Positions 43,818 to 54,494 of a stretch of 64,000 bases of DNA are shown piece after piece. Source of the DNA: an uncultured Collinsella sp. GTDB lineage: Bacteria; Actinomycetota; Coriobacteriia; Coriobacteriales; Coriobacteriaceae. The position numbers and the translations under genes were made by a program. Location: positions 15,066 to 79,065 of the forward strand of contig UQWK01000001.1 of NCBI GenBank assembly GCA_900544725.1. Direction: 5' to 3'. Under the pieces are notes generated by a model. It was not told the DNA's origin and did not search any database. It saw only the letters and a program-made list of their open reading frames with translations. The number at the start of each line of letters is the position of its first letter. The stretch's first letter is position 1.

Positions 43818-44615
43818 TTAGCCTTCCTTGCGGACTTTTTGCAGGTAGCGGTAGACGCTGGGCTCCGAGATGCCCAGCGCGGTGGCGGCGCAGGCCACGG
43901 CACCCTTGAGCATGAACACCCCGTTGCCGTTGAGGTGGCGAATGACGTCCACGCGGTCGCTTTGACCAAGCGATGCTACATCCAGCCCGCGCGCGCTCAG
44001 CAACTCGGCAATGCTGCGGTCGATGAGCTCCTGTGTAGACTCCGAAAGGCTTTCGACCTCGATAGACGCGGGCTCTGCCTGTCTAGGCGCCGCGTCGAAG
44101 CACGCCATGAGCTGCTGCGCCATGGCGTTGATGGAGCGCACGGTCGAGAGGTCAGTGTTGACGCAGAGCATACCGACAATCTCGTCATTCTCGCGGATAA
44201 AGTACGTCGCCGACTCCAACGTCTTGCCACCGGCACCGCGCCCCTCGTAGCCCGTAATAAACGGCAGGTCACGATACTTGGCGTCGTGCATGATCTTGAG
44301 TGCCAGGTCGGTGGCGGGACCGCCGACCTTGCGGCCGCTCACGATGCCGTTGCGAATATCGACGATGGCGTGGTCGGGATCCGAGAAATCGTGCAGCACG
44401 ATTTCGCTGTTTTTGCCGAGTATCTGCTCCAGGAAATCGACCATCGGCAAAAAGCGACTTACGGTCTCGTTCACGGGCAACTCCTTGGGGTGAAATCGGA
44501 AATGTTCATAACAATTTTTTATCATGGTAACACGCTGCTCATCATCTCGTATATCCGCAGGTACATTGCGTAATACAGACGAACGGTAGGAATTTAGCGG
44601 TAAACGGTTGACCAA
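43818..44615 (-). CDS. YheO-like PAS-domain plus HTH transcriptional regulator
   Basis: C-terminal HTH ...LGISEPSVYRYLQKVR; N-terminal YheO-type sensor domain; paralog at 59040-59693. Confidence 0.7.
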   Translation of the reverse strand: MVNRLPLNSYRSSVLRNVPADIRDDEQRVTMIKNCYEHFRFHPKELPVNETVSRFLPMVDFLEQILGKNSEIVLHDFSDPDHAIVDIRNGIVSGRKVGGPATDLALKIMHDAKYRDLPFITGYEGRGAGGKTLESATYFIRENDEIVGMLCVNTDLSTVRSINAMAQQLMACFDAAPRQAEPASIEVESLSESTQELIDRSIAELLSARGLDVASLGQSDRVDVIRHLNGNGVFMLKGAVACAATALGISEPSVYRYLQKVRKEG

Positions 44616-44826
44616 AAGAAAAGTAAGATGTTATTTTGACCAGACACTTTCCTGACCTGCGGAAATGCGTTATCTCAGCTGAAGAATAGTCTGATAACAA
44701 AAAATTATTATTGAGAATGAGAATCATCTTTAATACGATATGCAACGAAGGCACAACCTCAACCCCGCACTGCGTCACAATAGAGCGTTAGATGCGAAAA
44801 CAACTATTTCGAGGATTGGTGGTCAA

Positions 44827-46221
44827 ATGACCCAGGAGACGGTTACGAACGGCACTGAAGCCCTGTTCACTCGCGAAGGCATGCCTCCCGTTAAGGAAAT
44901 GATCCCGTGTGCCCTTCAGCACGTACTGGCATCGTTTGCCGGTATCATTACCCCGGCGGTCATCATGGCCGGCGTCTACGGCTTTAATAGCCAGCAGAGC
45001 ACCGACATCATTCAGGTTGCGCTCATTCTTTCGGCAATCGACACGGCCCTTCAGGCCTTCGCTCCCTTCCGTCGTATCGGCGGCGGCCTGCCCATCGTCA
45101 TGGGCGTTTCGTTCGCGTTCCTGCCGGCCCTTCAGGCCATGGGCGCCTCGGGCTTTAGTTTTGGCGCGCTGCTGGGCGGCGAGATCGTCGGCGGCGCCGT
45201 TGCGGTTCTCTTTGGTCTGGCCTACAGCAAGATCAAGTGGCTGTTCCCGCCCGTCGTGACCGGTACGGTCATCTTCTCCATTGGCGTCTCTCTCTATCCC
45301 ACGGCCGTCAAGTACATGGCCGGCGGTATGGGTACGCCGCTGTGGGGCACCCCGCAGGCATGGTGCGTCGCCCTGATCACCTTCGCTGTGGTCTTTGCGC
45401 TCGCCAACTTTGGCAAGGGCACGCTCAAGCTGGGATCCGTGTTCTTTGGCATGATCGTTGGCATGATCGTTTCGATCCCCTTTGGCATGATCGACTTCTC
45501 CAGCGTCGCCACCGCTCAGGTCTTCGCCCTTCCCAAGCTCATGCCCTACGCGCTCGAGTTTGATCCCGAGGTCTGCATTACCCTCGCCGTCGTGTTCCCC
45601 ATGGTCGCCATCCAGGTTATCGGCGACGTCTCCGCCGCCTGCCTGGGCTCCATTGACCGTATGCCCACCGAGCGCGAGCTCTCCGGCGCTATTGTGTCCC
45701 AGGGCCTCACCTCTATGGTCGGCGGCCTGCTGGGCGGTCTTCCCACCAGCGCCCTTGGCCAGAACGTGGGCATCATCTGCTCCAACAAGGTCGTCAACAA
45801 GTGGGTCTTTGTGATCATCGCGGCCGTCTTTGCCATCGCCGGTCTGTTCCCGCAGCTCTCTGCCGTCCTTTCCGCCATCCCGCAGCCCGTCATCGGCGGC
45901 GCGACCGTCGGCGTCTTTGGCACCATCACCATGAACGGTGTGCGCATGTTCACCCGCGAGGGCCTCACGCAGCGCACCACCACCATCGTCGGCACCTCCG
46001 TTGTCTTTGGCCTGGGTATCTGGATGGCCAGCGGTTGCCTTGCCGGCGAGGGCATGCCCACCTGGGTGTCCACCGTCATCGGCTCCAATGCCGTAACCCC
46101 CACCGCCATCATGGCCATTGTCCTTAACCTGATCCTTCCGCAGACGCCGGTCGTGGCTCAGCACATCGATGCCGCCAAGGATGCCGCTGTTGATCTGGTC
46201 CTGCCCGAGAGCAAGAAGTAA
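44827..46221 (+). CDS. NCS2 family nucleobase:cation symporter (xanthine/uracil/urate permease-like)
   Basis: Polytopic membrane protein with NCS2 signatures (QHVLASFAGIITPA..., GLPTSALGQNVGII); ORF trimmed to ATG with RBS. Confidence 0.85.
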   Translation: MTQETVTNGTEALFTREGMPPVKEMIPCALQHVLASFAGIITPAVIMAGVYGFNSQQSTDIIQVALILSAIDTALQAFAPFRRIGGGLPIVMGVSFAFLPALQAMGASGFSFGALLGGEIVGGAVAVLFGLAYSKIKWLFPPVVTGTVIFSIGVSLYPTAVKYMAGGMGTPLWGTPQAWCVALITFAVVFALANFGKGTLKLGSVFFGMIVGMIVSIPFGMIDFSSVATAQVFALPKLMPYALEFDPEVCITLAVVFPMVAIQVIGDVSAACLGSIDRMPTERELSGAIVSQGLTSMVGGLLGGLPTSALGQNVGIICSNKVVNKWVFVIIAAVFAIAGLFPQLSAVLSAIPQPVIGGATVGVFGTITMNGVRMFTREGLTQRTTTIVGTSVVFGLGIWMASGCLAGEGMPTWVSTVIGSNAVTPTAIMAIVLNLILPQTPVVAQHIDAAKDAAVDLVLPESKK

Positions 46222-46417
46222 CCAATTCGGTGCTATTCGCCGGCGGACGCATCGCCTCGTCCGCCGGCGCCATGCGGCGCCAAGCCGCACTTCAAAGGGC
46301 TTGTCCCTTTGGTGAAGCGTTGACGGGAGAGGGCCCGTTTCCGGTGTAGGCCGGCGCTTCGCACTTCCGCCATGTCAGAGGTGTCAAACCCCGCCCCTGA
46401 TGTTGAAGGGAGCATTT

Positions 46418-47773
46418 ATGCTTCTGGTCGCTAACGGTTCCGTCTTTACCCGCAACGCTCAGACTCCGTTCATTCCCAACGGTGCGGTCGCCATTGACGG
46501 AGATACGATCGTCGAAGTGGGCCCCGAGCGCGAGCTCAAGGCCAAGTACCCGGATGCCGAGTACGTCGACGCCCAGGGCAACCTCATCATGCCCGGACTT
46601 ATCAACTGCCACACCCACATCTACTCGGGTCTGGCCCGCGGCCTTGCCATTAAGGGCTGCAACCCCACCAACTTCCTGGAGAATCTTGAGCAGCAGTGGT
46701 GGAAGATCGACGACAACCTGACGCTCGACGGCACCAAGGCCAGCGCCTATGCCACGATTCTGGATTCCATCCGCGACGGCGTTACCACGATCTTCGATCA
46801 CCACGCGAGCTTCTGCGAGATCCCGGGAAGCCTCTTTACCATTAAGGACGCCGCTCAGGAGCTGGGCATGCGTTCGTGCCTGTGCTACGAGGTCTCCGAT
46901 CGCCGCGGCCAGGAAAAATGCGACCAGGCCATTGCCGAGAACGCCGAGTTCGCCCAGTGGGCCGCCAAGGAGCGTCGCGATAACGACAACCACATGATCG
47001 CCGCCATGTTTGGCGGTCACGCCACCTTTACGCTGTCGGACGAGACCATGGACAAGATGGCCGAGGCCAACAACGGCCTGACCGGCTTCCACATCCACGT
47101 GTGCGAGGGCATGAATGACGTGTGGGACTCCCGCCTCAACCGCGGCGGCATCAGCCCCGTCGAGCGCCTGCTGCAGCACAACCTGCTCGGTCCCGACACC
47201 ATGCTCGGCCACTGCATCCATGTGACGCCCGCCGAGATGGATATCGTCAAGGAGTCCGGCACCTGGCTGGTCAACAACCCCGAATCCAATATGGGAAACG
47301 CCGTGGGCTGCGCCCCCGTGCTCGAGTTCTTCCGCCGCGGCATCCCCGTGTGCATGGGCACCGACGCCTACACCCACGATATGCTCGAGAGCCTCAAGGT
47401 TTTCCTGATCATTCAGCGCCACAACGCCGCTATGCCCAACGTGGGCTGGTGCGAGGCCATGACGATGCTGTTCGAGAACAACGCCAAGATGGCCAGCAAG
47501 TACTTCGATCGCAAGCTCGGCGTGCTCGAGGCCGGCGCTGCCGCCGACGTCATCGTTATGGACTACAAGCCCTTTACGCCGCTGAGCGAGGAGAACATCG
47601 ACGGCCATATGCTCTTTGGCATGATGGGAAAAAACTGCCGCACCACCATCATCAACGGCCGCGTCCTGTACAAGGATCGCGAGTTCGTCGGTATCGATGA
47701 GGACAAGATCAACGCGTGGACCATGGCTGAGTCCAAGAAGCTCTGGAGCACGCTCAACGATCGCACCTACTAA
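46418..47773 (+). CDS. ssnA: SsnA-like amidohydrolase (chlorohydrolase/aminohydrolase family)
   Basis: Metal-dependent hydrolase motifs PGLINCHTHIYS; size and neighbourhood as E. coli ssnA. Confidence 0.8.
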   Translation: MLLVANGSVFTRNAQTPFIPNGAVAIDGDTIVEVGPERELKAKYPDAEYVDAQGNLIMPGLINCHTHIYSGLARGLAIKGCNPTNFLENLEQQWWKIDDNLTLDGTKASAYATILDSIRDGVTTIFDHHASFCEIPGSLFTIKDAAQELGMRSCLCYEVSDRRGQEKCDQAIAENAEFAQWAAKERRDNDNHMIAAMFGGHATFTLSDETMDKMAEANNGLTGFHIHVCEGMNDVWDSRLNRGGISPVERLLQHNLLGPDTMLGHCIHVTPAEMDIVKESGTWLVNNPESNMGNAVGCAPVLEFFRRGIPVCMGTDAYTHDMLESLKVFLIIQRHNAAMPNVGWCEAMTMLFENNAKMASKYFDRKLGVLEAGAAADVIVMDYKPFTPLSEENIDGHMLFGMMGKNCRTTIINGRVLYKDREFVGIDEDKINAWTMAESKKLWSTLNDRTY

Positions 47774-47922
47774 TTCACAAGTAGATTCACGCGCGTCGGA
47801 TGTTTCGCCGCATCTGACGCGCGTATAGGCGACCTCCGCGGGGTCGCCGGCGCTGTGCTAGCGCTACACCGTATTTGCGCCCGCCGCGCGGTCTCGCCGG
47901 GCGTTACAGAGAGGAGCTCATT

Positions 47923-50922
47923 ATGAGCGACATCATGAGGCCGATCCCGTTTTCGCAGCTGATGAACTGGATCATCGAGGAGCACAAGACTCAGGGCGCC
48001 ATCTTTGGCGTGCGCAAGATGGTCACGGCCAACCAGGAGGGCGCGCTTCCCATTTTTGACGAGCGCATCGAGACTCCGTTTGGCCCGGCCGCCGGCCCCA
48101 ATACACAGCTTGCCCAGAACATCGTGGCGTCCTATGTGGCCGGTTCCCGCTTCTTTGAGCTCAAGACCGTTCAGGTTATGGACGGCGAGGAGCTCTCCAA
48201 GTGTGTGAACAAGCCCTGCATCGTGGCGCAGGACGAGTGCTACAACTGCGAGTGGTCGACCGAGCTCGAGGTTCCGCAGGCTTTTGCCGAGTACGTGAAG
48301 GCATGGTTTGCCTGCCACCTGATCGCTCGCGAGTACGGCCTGGGCAGCCCGGACGGCTTTGTCTTTAACATGTCCGTGGGCTATGACCTGGAGGGCATTA
48401 AGAGCCCCAAGGTCGATGCGTACATTGAGGGCATGAAGGACGCCAGCGGCTCTGACGTCTGGAACGAGTGCCGTGCCTGGGCGCTCGCCAACCTGGACAA
48501 GTTTGAGCATGTCGACGCCGCGTTTGTCGAGTCCATCCCGGCACGCGTGTCCAACTCCATCACCGAGTCTACCCTGCACGGCTGCCCGCCGGCGGAGATC
48601 GAGCGCATCGCGACCTATCTGATCACCGAGAAGGGCCTCAACACCTACATCAAGTGCAACCCCACGCTGCTGGGCTATGAGTTTGCCCGCCAGCGTCTGA
48701 ACGAGCTGGGCTTTGACTACATCGTCTTCGATGACACGCACTTCCGCGAGGACCTGCAGTGGGCCGATGCCGTGCCCATGTTCGAGCGCCTGATTGCCCT
48801 GTGCGCCGAGCGCGGCCTGGAGTTTGGCGTCAAGCTGACCAACACGTTCCCCGTCGACGTGACGAGAAACGAGCTGCCCTCCACCGAGATGTACATGTCC
48901 GGCCGTTCGCTGTTCTCGCTGACCATCGAGGCTGCTCGCCGCATTACCGAGCAGTTCGATGGCAAACTGCGCATCAGCTACTCCGGTGGCGCCACGGTCT
49001 ACAACGTCCGCGCCCTGTATGACGCCGGCATTTGGCCCGTCACCCTGGCGACCGACGTGCTCAAGCCCGGTGGCTACGAGCGCTTTAGCCAGATGGCCGG
49101 CGAGTTTACCGACCTGGACGGCAAGCCGTTCGCGGGTGTCTCTCTCGACGCCGTGACCGCGATCCAGGCCGATTCGCTCACCAACTCGCTCTACAAGAAG
49201 CCGCTGCGCCCGCTGCCCGATCGCAAGGTCGCCGGCAAGAGCCCGCTTTCCGACTGCTTTACCACGCCGTGCCGCACGAGCTGCCCCATCCAGCAGGATA
49301 TTCCCGCCTACCTGGCGGCCGTTGACGAGGGCCGCTTCGAGGACGCACTCAACATCATCATCGAGCGCAACGCCCTGCCGTTCATTACCGGCACCATCTG
49401 CCCGCATCCCTGCGGCCGTGCCTGCGAGCGCGCGTTCTACGAGCCCGAGGGCGCCCAGATCCGCGCCAGCAAGCTCAAGGCCGCCCGCGAGGCCATGACC
49501 GCCGTGCTGCCCAAGCTGCGCGCCCAGGCCATCGCCAACGACGGCGAGCGCAACGTTGCCGTTATCGGCGGCGGCCCTGCCGGTCTGGCGACGGCGTTCT
49601 TCCTGACGCGCGCCGGCGTGCCCGTCACCATCTTTGAGGCCCGCGATTCGCTCGGCGGCGTGGTCCGTCACGTGATCCCCGAGTTCCGTATCGCCAGCGA
49701 CGATATCTCGCACGATGCCGAGCTCTGCCTGGCCTTTGGCGCCAAGGTTCAGCTCAACGCCCGCGTGGAGTCCATCGACGAGCTCAAGGCCCAGGGCTTT
49801 ACCGACGTGGTCGTGGCCACCGGCGCCTGGATGCCCGGCTCTGCAGGCTTGGGCGAGGGTGCCGAGCTCGACGTGCTGGAGTTCCTCGAGGCCGCCAAGA
49901 AGGGCGAGAAGCTCGAGCTGGGCGAGGACGTCGTGGTCATCGGCGCCGGCAACACCGCCATGGACGCGGCCCGCGTGGCCAAGCGCCTGGCTGGCGTGAA
50001 GAACGTGCGCCTGGTGTATCGCCGCACCAAGAAGCAGATGCCCGCCGACGAGGAAGAGCTTGATCTTGCTCTTGCCGACGGCGTTGAGTTCTGCGAGCTG
50101 CTGGCGCCCAAGGCACTTAACGGCGCCGTGCTGACCTGCGACGTTATGGAGCTTGGCGAGCCGGATGCAAGCGGCCGTCGCAGCCCTGTCGCCACGGGTG
50201 AGACCGTCGAGCTTCCTGCCACCACGGTGATCTGCGCCGTTGGCGAGGGCATCGACGCCAGCCTGTACGATGCCGCGGGCGTTGAGCACGACCGTCGCGG
50301 CCGCCTTGCCGCCACCTCCACCGGCGTCGAGGGCGTCTGGGCTGCGGGCGACTGCCGTCGCGGTCCTGCCACCGTGGTCGAGGCTATTGCCGACGCCGCC
50401 GAGGTCGCCCGTGCCATCGCCGGCGTGGACTTTAACAAGTACGCCGATTGCAACGAGCAGGCTGGCCGCGAGGGCACCTGCTACGAGCGCAAGGGGTCGC
50501 TGTGCCGCGACAAGCGCAACTGCACCAAGACCCGCTGCCTGGGCTGCGGCTCGGTATGCGAGGTCTGCTGCGACGTGTGCCCCAACCGCGCCAACGTGGC
50601 AATTAAGGTGCCGGGCCTGGCCAAGCATCAGGTCGTCCACGTCGATGGCATGTGCAACGAGTGCGGCAACTGCGCCGTGTTCTGCCCCTACCAGGAGGGC
50701 CGTCCCTACAAGGACAAGCTCACCCTGTTCTGGAGCGATCAGGACATGGAGAACTCCGAGAACGAGGGCTTCCTGGCCGTGGACGAGGACCACTTTAAGG
50801 TCCGCGTCGCCGGCACGGTCCGCACCGTCTCGGTCGATGCCGTCAACACCGGTCTGCCCGAGGCCGTCCGCCTGACCATCAGGGCCGTGCGCGACAACTA
50901 TTCGTACCTTCTTAAGAAATAG
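47923..50922 (+). CDS. ygfK: YgfK-like putative selenate reductase / oxidoreductase Fe-S-flavoprotein subunit
   Basis: ~1000 aa; FAD/NAD(P) Rossmann VAVIGGGPAGLATAFFL and VVVIGAGNTAMD; C-terminal 4Fe-4S Cys clusters; RBS gagaggag. Confidence 0.75.
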   Translation: MSDIMRPIPFSQLMNWIIEEHKTQGAIFGVRKMVTANQEGALPIFDERIETPFGPAAGPNTQLAQNIVASYVAGSRFFELKTVQVMDGEELSKCVNKPCIVAQDECYNCEWSTELEVPQAFAEYVKAWFACHLIAREYGLGSPDGFVFNMSVGYDLEGIKSPKVDAYIEGMKDASGSDVWNECRAWALANLDKFEHVDAAFVESIPARVSNSITESTLHGCPPAEIERIATYLITEKGLNTYIKCNPTLLGYEFARQRLNELGFDYIVFDDTHFREDLQWADAVPMFERLIALCAERGLEFGVKLTNTFPVDVTRNELPSTEMYMSGRSLFSLTIEAARRITEQFDGKLRISYSGGATVYNVRALYDAGIWPVTLATDVLKPGGYERFSQMAGEFTDLDGKPFAGVSLDAVTAIQADSLTNSLYKKPLRPLPDRKVAGKSPLSDCFTTPCRTSCPIQQDIPAYLAAVDEGRFEDALNIIIERNALPFITGTICPHPCGRACERAFYEPEGAQIRASKLKAAREAMTAVLPKLRAQAIANDGERNVAVIGGGPAGLATAFFLTRAGVPVTIFEARDSLGGVVRHVIPEFRIASDDISHDAELCLAFGAKVQLNARVESIDELKAQGFTDVVVATGAWMPGSAGLGEGAELDVLEFLEAAKKGEKLELGEDVVVIGAGNTAMDAARVAKRLAGVKNVRLVYRRTKKQMPADEEELDLALADGVEFCELLAPKALNGAVLTCDVMELGEPDASGRRSPVATGETVELPATTVICAVGEGIDASLYDAAGVEHDRRGRLAATSTGVEGVWAAGDCRRGPATVVEAIADAAEVARAIAGVDFNKYADCNEQAGREGTCYERKGSLCRDKRNCTKTRCLGCGSVCEVCCDVCPNRANVAIKVPGLAKHQVVHVDGMCNECGNCAVFCPYQEGRPYKDKLTLFWSDQDMENSENEGFLAVDEDHFKVRVAGTVRTVSVDAVNTGLPEAVRLTIRAVRDNYSYLLKK

Positions 50923-50933
50923 GCGAGTCTCTT

Positions 50934-51413
50934 ATGGCCAAATCCATTCAACATCACGTGGCCTACGTTGCCTGCGGAAGCGGCTGTGCTTCCGCAGGCG
51001 GCGACGCCCGCTGCAGCGAAGGCTGCATTGGCTGTGGCGCCTGCGTTACGGCCTGCCCCCACGGTGCCATCGCGCTGGTCGACGGCGTCGCCCGTGTGGA
51101 CCGCTCCAAGTGCACGGGCTGTGGCCTGTGCGGCATGGCGTGCCCGCAGCGCGTGATTGCCTTCGTTCCCGGCTACCAGAACATCCTGGTGCGCTGCAAC
51201 AACACCGATAAGGGCGCCATTGCGCGCAAGATCTGCGACACCAGCTGCATCGGTTGCGGCATGTGCGCCAAAAAGTGCCCTGCCGGCGCTATCCGCATCG
51301 AGGACAACTGCGCCCATATCGACGGCACGGACTGCCTGTCGTGCGGCATGTGCGCCGTCGTCTGCCCGCATGGCGCCATCCACGACCGCACCGGTATCGC
51401 CGCCGGCGTGTAG
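50934..51413 (+). CDS. 4Fe-4S ferredoxin-type protein (multi-cluster)
   Basis: Repeated CxxCxxCxxxCP motifs across 159 aa. Confidence 0.8.
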   Translation: MAKSIQHHVAYVACGSGCASAGGDARCSEGCIGCGACVTACPHGAIALVDGVARVDRSKCTGCGLCGMACPQRVIAFVPGYQNILVRCNNTDKGAIARKICDTSCIGCGMCAKKCPAGAIRIEDNCAHIDGTDCLSCGMCAVVCPHGAIHDRTGIAAGV

Positions 51414-51425
51414 AAGGGAATCACC

Positions 51426-54203
51426 ATGGCACAGGAATTCACTTTTACCGTTAACGGCGTCGAGCACACGACGACCCAAAACAAACCGCTGCTGCGCTAT
51501 CTGCGCGACGACCTGCACATTCACTCCGCCAAGGACGGCTGCTCCGAGGGCGCCTGCGGCACCTGCACCATCCATGTGGACGGTGCGGCCGTCAAGGCGT
51601 GCGTGCTGACCACCGCCCTTGCCGCCGGCCGCGACATCGTGACTGTCGAGGGCCTGCCCGAGAACGTGCGCGAGGCGTTTGTGTACGCCTTTGGCGCCGT
51701 GGGCGCCGTGCAGTGCGGCTTTTGTATCCCCGGTATGGTCATGGCGGGTGCAGCGCTCATCGCCGAGGATCCCGAGCCTACCGAGGAGCAGATCAAGTAC
51801 GCCATCCGCGGCAATGTTTGCCGCTGCACCGGCTACAAAAAGATTATCGAGGGCATCTCGCTGGCAGCTGCGGTGCTCCGTGGCGAAAAGCAGATCGACG
51901 AGGATCTGGAGCGCGGCGACGACTACGGCGTGGGCAAGCGCGCCTTCCGTATTGACGTGCGCAAGAAGGTGCTCGGCGAGGGCAAGTATCCCGACGACAT
52001 CGACGAGCTCGATCAGCCGGGTCTGACCTACGCCAGCGCTGTGCGCTCCAAGTATCCGCGCGCCCGCGTGCTCTCCATCGATACCTCCAAGGCCGAGGTC
52101 CTACCCGGTGTGGTTGGCATCCTGCGCGCCGAGGACGTGCCGGTCAACCAGGTCGGCCACCTTATCCAGGACTGGGACGTCATGATCGCCCAGGGCGACA
52201 TCACCCGCTGCGTGGGCGATGCCATCGTGCTGGTGGTTGCCGAGGACGAGGCGACGCTCGAGAAGGCCAAGAAGCTCGTAAAGATTGATTACGAGCCGCT
52301 GGAGCCCGTGCGCAACATCGCCGAGGCCAGGTCTGCCGACGCCCCGCGCCTGCACGACAGCTTCTTTGCCTTTGGCAACACGGTGGAGCTCAAGGACAAC
52401 GTGTGCCAGAGCCGCCATGTGACGCGCGGCGACGCCGCCAAGGCGCTGGCGGAGAGCGCATTCACCGTGACGCAACGCTTTACTACGCCCTTTACCGAGC
52501 ATGCCTTCTTGGAGCCCGAGTGCGCCGTTGCCTTCCCGTACAAGAATGGCGTCAAGGTGCAGTCGACCGACCAGGGCGCCTACGACACGCGCAAAGAGTG
52601 TGCCCACATGTTTGGCTGGGATAGCGAACCCGAGCGTGTGGTCGTCGAGACTATGCTCGTGGGCGGCGGTTTTGGCGGCAAGGAGGACGTGTCCATCCAG
52701 CACCTGGCTGCGCTCGCCGCATATAAGTTCCAGCGTCCTGTGAAGTGCAAGCTCACGCGCGCCGAGTCGCTCGCGTTTCATCCCAAGCGCCACGCCATGG
52801 ACGGCACCTTTACACTGGGCTGCGACGCCGAGGGCAACTTTACCGGCCTGGACTGCGAGATCAACTTTGACACCGGCGCCTACGCGTCGCTGTGCGGCCC
52901 GGTGCTCGAGCGCGCCTGCACGCATGCCGTCGGCCCCTACAAGTACCAGAACACCGACATTCGCGGCTTTGGTTACTACACCAACAACCCGCCTGCCGGC
53001 GCGTACCGCGGCTTTGGCGTCTGCCAGTCCGAGTTTGCGCTCGAGAGCTTGATCGACCTGTTGGCAGAGAAGGTCGGCCTGGATCCGTGGGAGATTCGCT
53101 ACCGCAACGCCATCGAGCCGGGCGAGGTTCTGCCCAACGGCCAGATTGCCGATTGCTCCACGGCGCTTAAAGAGACGCTGCTCGAGGTCAAGGATGCCTA
53201 CTACGCGCATCCCGGACACGCCGGTATCGCCTGCGCCATGAAGAACGCCGGCGTGGGCGTGGGCCTGCCCGATGCCGGCCGCTGCAAGATCCGCATCGAG
53301 AACGGCGTGGCCGTGGTCTATGCCGCCACGTCCGACATCGGCCAGGGCTGCAACACCGTCTTTTTGCAAGACGTTGCCGAGGCATGCGGCCTGCCGCTTC
53401 GCTGCATCGCCAACGGCGAGTGCTCCACCGAGAACGCTCCCGACTCCGGCACCACGTCTGGCTCGCGTCAGACGGTCGTGACCGGCGAGGCCGTGCGCGG
53501 TGCCGCCTTCTTGCTGCGCGATGCCATGCTTGACGTCGAGGCCGGCAAGCCCGCACCTGCCGCCCCGGTGAGCGCCCACGGCGACGGCGTCAAGATCGAG
53601 TACGACGACGGTCGCGCCTATCGGCTGCGCACGCAGGAGCTCGTCGCCGGCCAGGGTATGCATCCTCAGGATCCCGCGGCTGCCATCAAGGCGCTCGAGG
53701 GATGCGAGTTTGGCTACGTGTACCTGGAGCCGACCGACAAGCTGGGCGCCGACGTTCCCAACCCCAAGAGCCACATCTGCTACGGGTTTGCCACGCATGT
53801 GGTCATTCTGGATGATGACGGCCGCGTGAGCGAGGTCTATGCCGCGCACGATTCCGGCAAGGTGGTCAACCCCATCTCCATCCAGGGTCAGATCGAAGGC
53901 GGCGTGCTCATGGGTATGGGCTATGCGCTTACCGAGGACTGGCCGCTCAAGGACTGCGTGCCCCAGGCAAGGTACGGCACGCTCGGGTTGTTCCGTGCGC
54001 CCGAGATTCCGGATATCCACGCCATCTACGTGGAGAAGGACGAGCTGCTGCCTGTGGCATATGGCGGCAAGGGCATCGGCGAGATCGCAACGATCCCCAC
54101 GGCGCCCGCCGTACAGAACGCTTACCGCGCGTTTGACGGCAAGCTGCGTCCAAATCTGCCCATGGTGGATACGCCATACAGCCGCGCCCGTCACCGCGGC
54201 TAG
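51426..54203 (+). CDS. xdhD: XdhD-like molybdopterin-dependent hydroxylase (xanthine dehydrogenase family, with N-terminal [2Fe-2S] domain)
   Basis: N-terminal 2Fe-2S motifs CSEGACGTCT and CGFCIPG, CRCTGYKKI; large Mo-cofactor-binding domain; 925 aa. Confidence 0.85.
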   Translation: MAQEFTFTVNGVEHTTTQNKPLLRYLRDDLHIHSAKDGCSEGACGTCTIHVDGAAVKACVLTTALAAGRDIVTVEGLPENVREAFVYAFGAVGAVQCGFCIPGMVMAGAALIAEDPEPTEEQIKYAIRGNVCRCTGYKKIIEGISLAAAVLRGEKQIDEDLERGDDYGVGKRAFRIDVRKKVLGEGKYPDDIDELDQPGLTYASAVRSKYPRARVLSIDTSKAEVLPGVVGILRAEDVPVNQVGHLIQDWDVMIAQGDITRCVGDAIVLVVAEDEATLEKAKKLVKIDYEPLEPVRNIAEARSADAPRLHDSFFAFGNTVELKDNVCQSRHVTRGDAAKALAESAFTVTQRFTTPFTEHAFLEPECAVAFPYKNGVKVQSTDQGAYDTRKECAHMFGWDSEPERVVVETMLVGGGFGGKEDVSIQHLAALAAYKFQRPVKCKLTRAESLAFHPKRHAMDGTFTLGCDAEGNFTGLDCEINFDTGAYASLCGPVLERACTHAVGPYKYQNTDIRGFGYYTNNPPAGAYRGFGVCQSEFALESLIDLLAEKVGLDPWEIRYRNAIEPGEVLPNGQIADCSTALKETLLEVKDAYYAHPGHAGIACAMKNAGVGVGLPDAGRCKIRIENGVAVVYAATSDIGQGCNTVFLQDVAEACGLPLRCIANGECSTENAPDSGTTSGSRQTVVTGEAVRGAAFLLRDAMLDVEAGKPAPAAPVSAHGDGVKIEYDDGRAYRLRTQELVAGQGMHPQDPAAAIKALEGCEFGYVYLEPTDKLGADVPNPKSHICYGFATHVVILDDDGRVSEVYAAHDSGKVVNPISIQGQIEGGVLMGMGYALTEDWPLKDCVPQARYGTLGLFRAPEIPDIHAIYVEKDELLPVAYGGKGIGEIATIPTAPAVQNAYRAFDGKLRPNLPMVDTPYSRARHRG

Positions 54204-54271
54204 GGTAGGGCGCAGACGGCATTGCTGACGAGCTGTTCGCGCTCAACATCAACTGCATATGCTGCACCTTT

Positions 54272-54306
54272 GGCCCCGGCTCCATCGCGAGCCGGGGCCT
54301 TTTGTT
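54272..54306 (+). terminator. Rho-independent terminator after xdhD
   Basis: ggccccggctc-catcgcg-agccggggcc followed by ttttgttt. Confidence 0.85.
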
Positions 54307-54380
54307 TGGAGCGGAGACAGCATCCCGGAATTCGGGCAATCCGGTGGTCAGGGGTTGAGCGAGCGTCGCGCTAAGGATGT

Positions 54381-54462
54381 CAAGCGTAAAACCTTCAATG
54401 AAAATGGCGTAAAAACTACATTGAAAGTAGCGTAAAATCAGCATTGAGAATGGCGTAATTTC
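54381..54462 (+). repeat. Three-and-a-half tandem ~23-bp direct repeats cATTGAaAaTgGCGTAAaa upstream of the ATPase gene
   Basis: caagcgtaaaacc / ttcaatgaaaatggcgtaaaaac / tacattgaaagtagcgtaaaatc / agcattgagaatggcgtaatttc. Confidence 0.75.
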
Positions 54463-54494
54463 GCATATCGCGTGATAGAGAGGGACGGCCGTCT